The position numbers were made by a program, and so were the translations under genes. This document shows positions 36,019 to 44,529 of a stretch of DNA of 64,000 nucleotides, in pieces; positions within the stretch are counted from its first letter, which is position 1; every line of letters starts with the position of its first letter. Under the pieces are notes generated by a model. The model saw nothing but the letters and a program-made list of their open reading frames with translations, was not told where the DNA came from and ran no database searches. The stretch is from an uncultured Clostridia bacterium (GTDB lineage Bacteria; Bacillota; Clostridia; Christensenellales; Borkfalkiaceae): the NCBI GenBank assembly GCA_947629575.1, contig CANREF010000005.1:47886-111885 (forward strand). Direction: 5' to 3'.

Positions 36019-36992
36019 GGGTTTTCTCTCTTATGGTGTTTGTTTTTCAAAAGAAGCCACGCACCGACGGCGATCCCTGCGGCGGCGAGCGCTCCCCCTG
36101 CGGCGATGAGCCCGATCTCCAGACCGCTCAGTCCTTCCTGTTCGGCGGCAACGCTGCGCGGACGCTCCGAAAAGGTATTGAAGTCCCCCTTCTCTGCCAT
36201 GCGGTCCAAGGAGTCCTCCGTTCCCGCCGAGGGGATGGGCTCATGTTTGGGCGTCTCCACGATCACCGGCTCGGAGAGCTCCTCGATCTTGAGACTGTAA
36301 AAACGGGAATCGTTATTGATCGCAAGGAGGGAGATATATCCCTCATAGTAGAAAGAGGAGGGAAGGGTATGGCTGTTTTTCAATACCCCGTCCACATAGA
36401 GACTGAGGCTGTTTCCGATGACTTCCACGGTCATGCTGTGGCGGACATTTCTGTCATAGGCGGGATCGGCGGGGGATTCGATCGCTCCCTCCGAGCCGCA
36501 GTATCTTCCCCAGACCGTCGCCTTGCCGTCCCTTTGGACGAAGCACTCCGCTCCGCCGCCGTCGTCCGACGCCGCGCAGCCCTCGCTGAGTTGGCGGAAG
36601 GCAAGCGCCGCCCATGTGACGGTGGAAGGTCCCTGCATATATTCGACCGTAGCGCGAAAATTGGTATACAGCTTGTTCCTGTAGGTCATGACCCCCACAT
36701 TGGAGGTGCTCACGCCCCCCTCAATGATGTCGTTTTTGCGGACGAGCGCCCCATCCTCTAAGAACCAATGTCCGTCCTCTTCCTGCCCGACGGTCTCGAA
36801 GTGCGGCGTCCCGCCCTCCAGAACATACGCCGCGAAGAAGTCGCTGTTCACTTTTTCCGCAGTCGTATCCGAAAAATCGATCTCGTAGGTCGAAAGCACT
36901 TCCGTCTCGAGCGCATCGGCGCGCACCGTCCCGCCCGAGGGGATGAGAAGAAAGGCGCCGAACAGGAGCATGGGTAACAATATCTTTTTCAT
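36015..36992 (-). CDS. small membrane-anchored LamG/DUF1080-like glycan-binding-type protein
   Basis: 325 aa. Signal MKKILLPMLLFGAFLLIPSGGTVRADA. It has a single beta-sandwich-like module (YEIDFSD…DFFAAYV…HSMTVEVIGNSLSLYVDG) and a C-terminal TM followed by KNKHHKRENP. Confidence 0.7.
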   Translation of the reverse strand: MKKILLPMLLFGAFLLIPSGGTVRADALETEVLSTYEIDFSDTTAEKVNSDFFAAYVLEGGTPHFETVGQEEDGHWFLEDGALVRKNDIIEGGVSTSNVGVMTYRNKLYTNFRATVEYMQGPSTVTWAALAFRQLSEGCAASDDGGGAECFVQRDGKATVWGRYCGSEGAIESPADPAYDRNVRHSMTVEVIGNSLSLYVDGVLKNSHTLPSSFYYEGYISLLAINNDSRFYSLKIEELSEPVIVETPKHEPIPSAGTEDSLDRMAEKGDFNTFSERPRSVAAEQEGLSGLEIGLIAAGGALAAAGIAVGAWLLLKNKHHKRENP

Positions 36993-37001
36993 AGATCCCC
37001 C

Positions 37002-39563
37002 TTATTGTTCGATCAGGCGGTTATCCGCCGTGATGAGATAGGTTTTGTCTGCGGGAAGCTGCACATACCACAGGGTGCTGCCATCCGGCTTTTCGTACTT
37101 GTGCACGGCGGGCGCCGAAATGTTCTTCCCGACCTGAATGGAATACTCGCGGTTTCCGAAGTGATATTCGGCAACGCCGGCATACTCCATATCCGAGGGC
37201 AACTGCGGACATATCCGCAAGCCCTGTGCCGTCGTGGAGATCCCCAAAAATCCGTTGATGAAGAAATAGGGAACGAGCCCGCTCTCGGGGAATTCCCCGA
37301 TGACCCCTTCGATATATTCTCCGTGAATGGAGTAGGAATTGCGGCGCAGCGAATCCTTGTGGAATTCCTCCATGATGGTATTGAAGCGCGCCGCAGCATT
37401 GTCCGCGCCCAGCTTCAGCCGCCCCATGAGGTCGTAATAACTGATATAGAAGATCGTTCCGCCGTTCTGCATCTGGTTGCCGTAGCCGCCGAAAGAACCG
37501 GGCGTGCAGGGCAAAACTCCGCCGTGATCGTACCAATAATAGGCGTTGTCCGCATCCTTGACGGAAGACACATCGAGCGTATTCGAACGGGCGGCATATT
37601 TGAAGTGTCCGTAGATGTCCTCGCCCGTGGAAGTATCCCCCTCGACGATCCGTTTTCCGTCCAGCCAATCATAGATATCCACCGCCTTGTCCTCATCGGC
37701 GACGCCGTAGGCAAGCGCCATAAAATTCACATACGTATAGCCGAAATCGATACGTTCGCCGTCGATGTTCACCCCGCCGATGAATCTGCCCTTTGCATTG
37801 TCCCAAAACAGACGGTTGTACTGTTTTTTGGTCTCTGCGGCATAGGCTCGGTATTCGTTTGCGCGCGCTGAATAACTTTCCGCGAGTTTCCCGTCCGCAG
37901 TGTGCAGGGCGAGATATTCGGAGATGTCGGCATATGCCTGCAGAGCGCCGTAGAAGAGGGCATTCTCATAGGCGGAGCGGTAGCCGAAAGCGCGGTGGTC
38001 GTCCCAATAATTGGAGGACATTCCGCTTGAAGTGCCATCGTGCGCGGGATCGAAGATGGTCATGATGCCGCTCTTTCCGTCGAGCGTATTCATCATGTAG
38101 CTCATCGCCTTGTCCAGCTTCTCCTCCATCGTCTGCCCGACCCCGTTCCTGAGCTTCATGAACTCCGTAAAACTCATGTCGTCCGCATATCTGCCGAGTT
38201 CGTTGCACTGCAGAAGATAATTGCGCACCGCGAGAACAAAGATGGGATTGAGGGAATAATGAGCGCCGAAGGTCTCGTTGAGATGGTAAGGGCTGTTGGC
38301 TGTCGCCCATACATAGCCATCGTCCTGCGACCAACCGTCCGGACCGGTGCGCACATTGCAGAGCTGGTCGAGGTAGAGCTCTTTGATCGCCGAGTAGTCG
38401 GTGAAATTGAATTTCATTCCCGTCCATTCCACCCATTCCGTAGAACCGATCATACCCGAGCCAGTACGGAAGGGAGAGGTGTTCTGCTGTTCGCCGAGGA
38501 GCGAGCCCAAGACCTGCGGCTCTGTTTTTGCCGTTCCGAAGATGCTCCACATGTTGTTGAGATCCGCATCATAGGTGTCCCCCATGGAGGTATAGAGCAG
38601 GGTGCGCGGACTTCCGTACACTCTCATCTCCTCCACCTCGAGCGTTTTTTCCTTGCCCAGATCTTCCAAACGGGTGGAAGTCAGCTTGCTCACGAAGCGG
38701 ATACCGTTGGCGACGACGCCGTCGAGAGGCAGAGAAAGGGTCGCTCCCTTGGGATTGGGGAAATTCATGATCGGGGTAAAGCGCCCCACGCTGTATTGAT
38801 AGAGGTAGTAATACTTGGGCAATGACTGCCAGCTCTGTCCGCCGTCCGTGGTATATTCCACGGCTACGTTGGAAGGAAAGAGCGTGCATGCGGCCGGGAT
38901 CTTTACCTCGAGCAGATCGAGGGTATAGATGGTGTCGAACAGATATCCGACATACAGCTCCTCATCCGGTTCCTGTGCCGCCGCGGAGCAAAAGTATGTC
39001 GGTTTCCCGTCCATGATGTTCTCGGCGGAGGTACTGTCCGAATAGGACTTTGAAGAGGTGACAGAAAGGGTTTTGAGCATCCCTTGCGGCTCATGATCCT
39101 CCCCTGTAACGTCGATCGTCTTCCCCTCCGACCAGCCGAAGATCTCTTCCGTCTGCTGCATACTGTAGGCGGTCGCCCGAACGGTATATTGCCCCGCCCG
39201 CTTGTAGGTATGGGGAAGGCTCGGGCGGGACTGCTCCGTCGCACTGTGCAGACCGGGGCCTTGATAGCTCCATGTTCCGTCCCCCCAATCCACGACATAA
39301 TAGACCGCCTCTTTCCCCTCGGGAAGCGCCCTGCGGGCGGAGATGCGGACGGTAGCGGTGATCTGTTCCCCCGTCTGAACGGGCCGTGAGGGAACGGTGA
39401 GGGTGATGTCGGAGGAAGCCGCACCTTGGTCGAATTCGCTTTTCGTATAGTTGATCGGCTTCATCGCCACCTCCTTCGGTGACCCGCTCTCCGCTTCGCC
39501 GCAAGCGCCGAGCATAAAGCAGGAAATCAGGATAGTCGCAAGAATGATCGCAGTTTTCTTCAT
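37002..39563 (-). CDS. lipoprotein: PKD domain, F5/8 type C, and an unassigned (alpha/alpha)6-like glycosidase-like domain
   Basis: 853 aa. Lipobox ILISCFMLGAC. PKD motif VVDWGDGTW…HTYKRAGQYTVRATA. The C-terminal ~550 aa are paralogous to 55753..57591 (WLDGKRIVEGDTSTGEDIY, NYWDDHRAFGYRSAYENALFY, GEFPESGLVPYFF). Confidence 0.75.
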   Translation of the reverse strand: MKKTAIILATILISCFMLGACGEAESGSPKEVAMKPINYTKSEFDQGAASSDITLTVPSRPVQTGEQITATVRISARRALPEGKEAVYYVVDWGDGTWSYQGPGLHSATEQSRPSLPHTYKRAGQYTVRATAYSMQQTEEIFGWSEGKTIDVTGEDHEPQGMLKTLSVTSSKSYSDSTSAENIMDGKPTYFCSAAAQEPDEELYVGYLFDTIYTLDLLEVKIPAACTLFPSNVAVEYTTDGGQSWQSLPKYYYLYQYSVGRFTPIMNFPNPKGATLSLPLDGVVANGIRFVSKLTSTRLEDLGKEKTLEVEEMRVYGSPRTLLYTSMGDTYDADLNNMWSIFGTAKTEPQVLGSLLGEQQNTSPFRTGSGMIGSTEWVEWTGMKFNFTDYSAIKELYLDQLCNVRTGPDGWSQDDGYVWATANSPYHLNETFGAHYSLNPIFVLAVRNYLLQCNELGRYADDMSFTEFMKLRNGVGQTMEEKLDKAMSYMMNTLDGKSGIMTIFDPAHDGTSSGMSSNYWDDHRAFGYRSAYENALFYGALQAYADISEYLALHTADGKLAESYSARANEYRAYAAETKKQYNRLFWDNAKGRFIGGVNIDGERIDFGYTYVNFMALAYGVADEDKAVDIYDWLDGKRIVEGDTSTGEDIYGHFKYAARSNTLDVSSVKDADNAYYWYDHGGVLPCTPGSFGGYGNQMQNGGTIFYISYYDLMGRLKLGADNAAARFNTIMEEFHKDSLRRNSYSIHGEYIEGVIGEFPESGLVPYFFINGFLGISTTAQGLRICPQLPSDMEYAGVAEYHFGNREYSIQVGKNISAPAVHKYEKPDGSTLWYVQLPADKTYLITADNRLIEQ

Positions 39564-39566
39564 CGG

Positions 39567-41882
39567 TCACACCCCGTTATTTTTCTTTTTCACCATCGGG
39601 AACAGCGCGGATGCAAGCAAAACAAGCATGAACGCACTACCCGTCACTGCAGCACCGCAGCCGCTTTCCTCTTGTGCCGTCTGCGCCGATACCGTCACCG
39701 TTACGCTGTCCGTCTTCCCGTTGGAGGTCGTCACGGTGATGACCGCCGTTCCCGCGCCGACTGCCACGACCGTTCCCGCCGAGGTGACGGTCGCCACCGT
39801 CTCATCGGAGGAAGTGAACGTAAGATCGGGATCTTCGGCGCCTTCGGGCAGGAGCACGACATTGAGGCGCACATTGTTTTCGCCCACCGTCATGGATGAG
39901 AAGTCGGACTTATTGGCAATGGAAACGCCTGTGATCTCCACGAGCGATTCCTTGACGGTAAGGGTGAAGGAATCGGAAAGTTGTTCGTTGTCCTGTGCGG
40001 CGACGCGGATCACGGTCGTCCCCGCGGAGATCGCGCGCAGCGTACCCTTCCCGTCCACCTGCGCCACGAGGGGATCGTCGGAGGAAAAGACGACCCCCCT
40101 GTGCGTCGCAGTTGCGGGAAGCACCTGCGCTTCGAGAGCAAAGGTGTCCCCCACCTCCATTTCCGCCGCCTTTGCGGTAAACTCCACGCTCTGCGCGGGA
40201 ACATAGGAGATGAGCGTGCCTTCCTCATCGAGGAAGCCGTACTGTAGCTCCCCGACCTGTGCCGTGAGCCGCCCGGAGAAGAAGACGCCGAATCCGCCCG
40301 AGACATCGTTCAGGCCCGATTTTACCATCGTGGGCGTCTCCATATCGTTGACATACAGCGCGGCGGTATAATTGCCCGCCTTGCCGTAAACTTTGAAGAG
40401 GAATTTGTTCCAGCTTCCGCTGTCATAGAGGGGCGGATCTTTTTCCGTCGGACCTTCGGAACCCATGGGGCTGTCCGCACCCGACCAATAAGTGGATCTT
40501 CCGTTTGCCTGTGTGAAAAGGGTCGCGCCGGATTGGTTGCCCGCACGGTTTTTGTCGGAAGAGGCAAACACGAGCCCGTGCCAGCCCTCCGCGCCGTCCG
40601 TCTTTGCGATATATTGCACCGCGAAATTCGTATCGGGCAGACCGTTGAAGTACAGCGTCGTATAATGGGCGCTCGGCTCAGTATCCCACTCCTCCTGCGG
40701 TCTTCTCGAGAGGATGCCGTCCTCTACCGTGAAGAGGGAAGAAAAGTCTGCGGGTGCGCCCTCGACGCCCGCTTCGCCGCTCGGGATATAATAAGCGCTC
40801 ATCCTTTCCGAACCGAAGGGAAGGGAGAGATAGCCCTCCGTATCTGCGGGAGAAACGGTGACCTGTATCGTCTTTGCGACGCTTCCGTCGATCAACGAGG
40901 AGACCGTAACGGTGTATTGTCCTTCCCGTGTGAAGCGCAGGGTCTTCCCCGCGTAGTCGTACTCCCCTCCCTCGGGCGAACAGGAGACGGAATACTCCTG
41001 CCCTGCCGTTGCGGGAGCAAGTGTGGGCGCAAAGGGGATCGTCCGGAAGGGCTCGATGTGCGCGGGAAGTGCGGGGAGCTCGATGCTCTCGGGCGCCGCC
41101 GCTTCCTCTCCCGTTTCGGAGAGCACCTTCACACTGAAGGAAGAGACGGTAAAGGACTGGTTCGTCACCACGACCCCGCATTCCCCCAAGGCGGCAAAGT
41201 CGTCCGCAGTGGAAAGATCCCAATAGAGATTGCCGTTGACGTAATATTCGACATGATTTTTGTAAATACGCAGTTTATGGACGGCGTTGGAGGTGAGGAT
41301 GAAATCGTTCACCATGTTCTTCTCCCCGTCCTTTTCCTCCGTCCATTCGCTGGCGTTCAGCGCATGACCGGAATAGGTGGCAAAGCCCTGCGGCTGGCAG
41401 AAGAACATCCCGCCGTGCGGGTTGTTGGGCCAATAGGGACGGCGGGTCGTATCCTCGATCCCGAAATACAGCCCCGACCAACCGTTCACTGTGCCCCCGT
41501 TGACCGAGCGGACGGATTCCTGCCTGATCGTCGCTTCGATCTCCGCATATCGCACGGGCACGCGGGATCCGAGGTAGACATAATTGGAATAGGCGAGTTC
41601 GGTGGCGAACATGTCGCTCTTGGAAGTCGCCACGCCGTCGTGGAAATCCCAGAACGTCTCACTGCTGTCCGCGACATAGCGAGTCCATTCATCGGGGGCA
41701 TACTCCGCATTGACGGACTTGCCATCCAAATCGACCGCGCCGATGAAGTTCTCCGCCTTGAGCGCGACCTCCTGCGCATTGCTCTGCACTCTGTCCGTTT
41801 GCGCGGCGCTCAGTCCGGCAGCCCCGATGAGCGCCGCGCAGAGGAACGGAAGTATGAGGTTTTTCTTAAATTTGGCTTTCAT
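39567..41882 (-). CDS. membrane-anchored protein with LamG/DUF1080-like modules and two Big_2 domains
   Basis: 771 aa with a signal peptide. Big_2 motifs: …MEVGDTFALEAQVLPATATHRGVVFSSDDPLVAQVDGKGTLRAISAGTTVIRV… and …LTFTSSDETVATVTSAGTVVAVGAGTAVITV…. Tail: SGCGAAVTGSAFMLVLLASALFPMVKKKNNGV. Confidence 0.75.
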   Translation of the reverse strand: MKAKFKKNLILPFLCAALIGAAGLSAAQTDRVQSNAQEVALKAENFIGAVDLDGKSVNAEYAPDEWTRYVADSSETFWDFHDGVATSKSDMFATELAYSNYVYLGSRVPVRYAEIEATIRQESVRSVNGGTVNGWSGLYFGIEDTTRRPYWPNNPHGGMFFCQPQGFATYSGHALNASEWTEEKDGEKNMVNDFILTSNAVHKLRIYKNHVEYYVNGNLYWDLSTADDFAALGECGVVVTNQSFTVSSFSVKVLSETGEEAAAPESIELPALPAHIEPFRTIPFAPTLAPATAGQEYSVSCSPEGGEYDYAGKTLRFTREGQYTVTVSSLIDGSVAKTIQVTVSPADTEGYLSLPFGSERMSAYYIPSGEAGVEGAPADFSSLFTVEDGILSRRPQEEWDTEPSAHYTTLYFNGLPDTNFAVQYIAKTDGAEGWHGLVFASSDKNRAGNQSGATLFTQANGRSTYWSGADSPMGSEGPTEKDPPLYDSGSWNKFLFKVYGKAGNYTAALYVNDMETPTMVKSGLNDVSGGFGVFFSGRLTAQVGELQYGFLDEEGTLISYVPAQSVEFTAKAAEMEVGDTFALEAQVLPATATHRGVVFSSDDPLVAQVDGKGTLRAISAGTTVIRVAAQDNEQLSDSFTLTVKESLVEITGVSIANKSDFSSMTVGENNVRLNVVLLPEGAEDPDLTFTSSDETVATVTSAGTVVAVGAGTAVITVTTSNGKTDSVTVTVSAQTAQEESGCGAAVTGSAFMLVLLASALFPMVKKKNNGV

Positions 41883-41900
41883 GATCTCCTCCCTTTTTCT

Positions 41901-43583
41901 TTATCGGATAAGTCCGAGGCTTTGGAATTGTTCTCTCGCTGCGGCGAGGAAAGAATTTCCGCCGAGTGTACCGCTCCACCTTTGCAGGAAGGCGGCATAC
42001 TCCGATTCTCCCCAGCCCTGCGTGACATAACTGTACTCGAAGGCGACCATTTCGGAGACCATCGTCTCGAGCTGTGCCGCGGGCAGCTGGATATATTCGC
42101 CGATCTGCGGCTTTTGTTTCATGTTCGCCGTCTTGGTGTCCTGCTCTGCCACTTTCAGCACGAGCGGCGTGACTTCGGGGGCATTGCCCTGTACGATGCC
42201 GTCGTTTACGGAGGAGAACCATGCGCCCCAGTCGTAAGCGCCGGGGAAGCTCTCGCGGTAATAACGGGGATTGCCCGCCGTCTCCGAGCTCGTATTACAG
42301 TACACTTGGTTGCTGTTTTCGATGGGGACGTACTTTATCCCCTGCTCGATGCCGATCCCCCAGCGAAGTGCGTCGTAGGCGCTGCCCCTTTGATAGGTGT
42401 CCGTCTCCTCGTCGTGATAGCAATAGCAGTCATCGATGAGTTTGCAGATCTTCTCCATCTTCGTGCGGTTGAGCGCGGTCGCCTGCGACACGGTGATCAC
42501 GTAGCCCGCGAGCCCCGTTCCCGGCATATAGCCCGCATGACCGTTGTCCGCGCAAGAAGGATCTACGGGAAGGTCATAAGTCTCCCACATGTTCGTCGTA
42601 TCCACCACCTTGCCCGTTTCGGGATCGAGAATGTTGTGCTCGTCGAAATAGGCCTGCGTGTTCGTGGAAATTTCCCCGGGCTGCCACTCTATCCCGATGT
42701 GCCCCGAATAGGTGCGGCGGCGTTCGGCATAAGATTGGCTGAACCATGCGGGCTCGATGAGGTTTTCCTCGCAGATCGTCTGCAAAAAGTCGAGCATCTT
42801 CTTATATGTGCCGTCCGTCGTGGGGAAGCCCACTTCGCCGCTGTCGGTCACATAGAAACCGTAGGGGGCGATCCCCACAGTGCCGTACATGAGCGGAAGC
42901 CACGTGCCGAGCGTCCCGCCGAGGCTCTTCCTGCCTCCCGCGCCCGAGAAGCCGTAATTGTATTCGAGGTCGGTCGGCTGCTTTCCGTCGTTGGTGAAAT
43001 CCCTGATCCACCTTGCAAAATCCAGAAGATCTTCGGGCACTGCGGGACTCCAGTCGGGGGCATAGCCCTTGTACTCGCGGAAGCGGATGAGCCAGTCCTC
43101 CCTGAGCTTGAGCGACCAAGTGGGCGGATCGGCGGGCGTCCAGAGCCCCGTCAGTTTACCGTCTACGGTGAACGTCGCTTTGGAAAAAGATTGGCTCTCC
43201 TGTTCGAGCATCCGTTTGAAATTGGGCATTTTGTCCAGCCACGGCGTCCAATCGGCGATGAGTACGCCTTGGTTATAGAACTTGTGGAAGGTCGTGTAAT
43301 CGGGAAAACTGATGATGTCGGGACGGTTGGCATTGGAAGAGAATCCGATCACGGCTGCGTTGTCGAAGTCCGTCGTCGCCTGCAGGGTGACATCCAACCC
43401 GTAGTTTTCGAGGATCCAAGCCCTGTAGGGGTCGTTGGCGTCCGTCGGCGTGTTGACCCATCCCGTCTCCAAGAGGATGATCTTGTCCGCCCCTTCTTCC
43501 GTTGAAGGCGTCTCGCCGCAGGCACAAAGCCCGCAGGTGAAGACCGCCAAAGTGATAAGAGCCATTGCTTTGATATGTTTCAT
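41901..43583 (-). CDS. large (LplA-type) ABC transporter sugar-binding lipoprotein
   Basis: ORF 41901..44225 trimmed to ATG 43583 (AGGAGGA SD): MKHIKAMALITLAVFTCGLCACG. 560 aa, followed by LplB/LplC-type permease genes. Confidence 0.85.
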   Translation of the reverse strand: MKHIKAMALITLAVFTCGLCACGETPSTEEGADKIILLETGWVNTPTDANDPYRAWILENYGLDVTLQATTDFDNAAVIGFSSNANRPDIISFPDYTTFHKFYNQGVLIADWTPWLDKMPNFKRMLEQESQSFSKATFTVDGKLTGLWTPADPPTWSLKLREDWLIRFREYKGYAPDWSPAVPEDLLDFARWIRDFTNDGKQPTDLEYNYGFSGAGGRKSLGGTLGTWLPLMYGTVGIAPYGFYVTDSGEVGFPTTDGTYKKMLDFLQTICEENLIEPAWFSQSYAERRRTYSGHIGIEWQPGEISTNTQAYFDEHNILDPETGKVVDTTNMWETYDLPVDPSCADNGHAGYMPGTGLAGYVITVSQATALNRTKMEKICKLIDDCYCYHDEETDTYQRGSAYDALRWGIGIEQGIKYVPIENSNQVYCNTSSETAGNPRYYRESFPGAYDWGAWFSSVNDGIVQGNAPEVTPLVLKVAEQDTKTANMKQKPQIGEYIQLPAAQLETMVSEMVAFEYSYVTQGWGESEYAAFLQRWSGTLGGNSFLAAAREQFQSLGLIR

Positions 43584-43606
43584 AATTCCTCCTATTGTTT
43601 CCTTAT

Positions 43607-44527
43607 TCAATCTTTTACCGCGCCGAGATACACGCCCTTCGTGAAATATTTTTGGAAGAAGGGATATGCGATGAGCACGGGCAGCGTCGTTACGACCGTG
43701 AGCGCCATTTTGATGGACATGTTCTCCATCATCATGGTGAAGTTGTTCACTTCGGGGTTGGGTTTGTTCGCATTGATCTGGTTGAGATTGTTGAGGCTGA
43801 TCGTTGCGTAATATTGCAGAGGCCACAGGTCGGCGCGGGTGGAAGAGATGTAGATCATCGCGTCGAACCAGCTGTTCCACTGCCCCACGAGAGAAAAGAT
43901 CGCCATCGCCGCAAGTACGGGCTTGGACATGGGAAGGATCATCAATGTGAAATTCTGCAGATCGTTCACGCCGTCGAGCGCCGCCGACTCCTCTATCTCG
44001 CGCGGGATCCCCTCCATCGATTGTTTGATGATGATCACGTTCCATGCGTTCATGATATTGGGGAGCACATACACCCAGATATTGTCGAGGAGGTTGAGCT
44101 CTTTCATGACGAGAAAGGTCGGGATGAGCCCGCCTTGGAAGAGGATCACGAAGATGAGCAGATACATGATCGGCTTCTTGCCCGGAAGGTCCTTGCGCGT
44201 GAGCGCATAGGCGAGCATGGCGCACACGACCACGCTCAGCACCGTTCCGACCACGGTACGGAACACCGAAACGCCGATCGCGCGCCAGATATAGTTCCCC
44301 ACCGTGAATACCTGTTTGTAGGCATTCAGGCTGAACTGCATGGGAATGGGCAATACGAAATGATAGTTGATGCGTTCGGGCGCGCAGACGGATACCGCCA
44401 GCGTATACAGAAGCGGATAGAGGCAGGCTGCCGCGATGAGGATACAGCAGGTGAAACAGATCGCCTGATATACCCTCTCCCCGTTAAAATACTTCCTGAA
44501 AAAATTCTTCGTCTTCTCGTTTTTCAT
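43607..44527 (-). CDS. carbohydrate ABC transporter permease (LplC type)
   Basis: ORF trimmed to ATG 44527 (MKNEKTKNFFRKYFNG…). EAA-loop EESAALDGVNDLQNFTLMILPMSKP. 306 aa. Confidence 0.88.
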   Translation of the reverse strand: MKNEKTKNFFRKYFNGERVYQAICFTCCILIAAACLYPLLYTLAVSVCAPERINYHFVLPIPMQFSLNAYKQVFTVGNYIWRAIGVSVFRTVVGTVLSVVVCAMLAYALTRKDLPGKKPIMYLLIFVILFQGGLIPTFLVMKELNLLDNIWVYVLPNIMNAWNVIIIKQSMEGIPREIEESAALDGVNDLQNFTLMILPMSKPVLAAMAIFSLVGQWNSWFDAMIYISSTRADLWPLQYYATISLNNLNQINANKPNPEVNNFTMMMENMSIKMALTVVTTLPVLIAYPFFQKYFTKGVYLGAVKD

Positions 44528-44529
44528 GA

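Noticed and set aside
40533-43505. 990-aa plus-strand ORF
   Set aside because: It runs antisense across two different genes and their intergenic SD region. It reads as low-complexity Arg/Gly/Glu/Val sequence and is an artefact of codon bias.
41901-44225. Long N-terminal extensions of several track ORFs (41901..44225, 43607..44830, 60295..61380, 48475..53889, 22924..26613, 650..3097)
   Set aside because: The extensions overlap the upstream gene in another frame and are Arg/Pro-rich junk. Internal ATGs with GGAGG-type SDs followed by signal peptides or canonical N-termini give the real starts. The track also shows alternative starts such as GTG and TTG as M (e.g. 35207, 36018, 48139).
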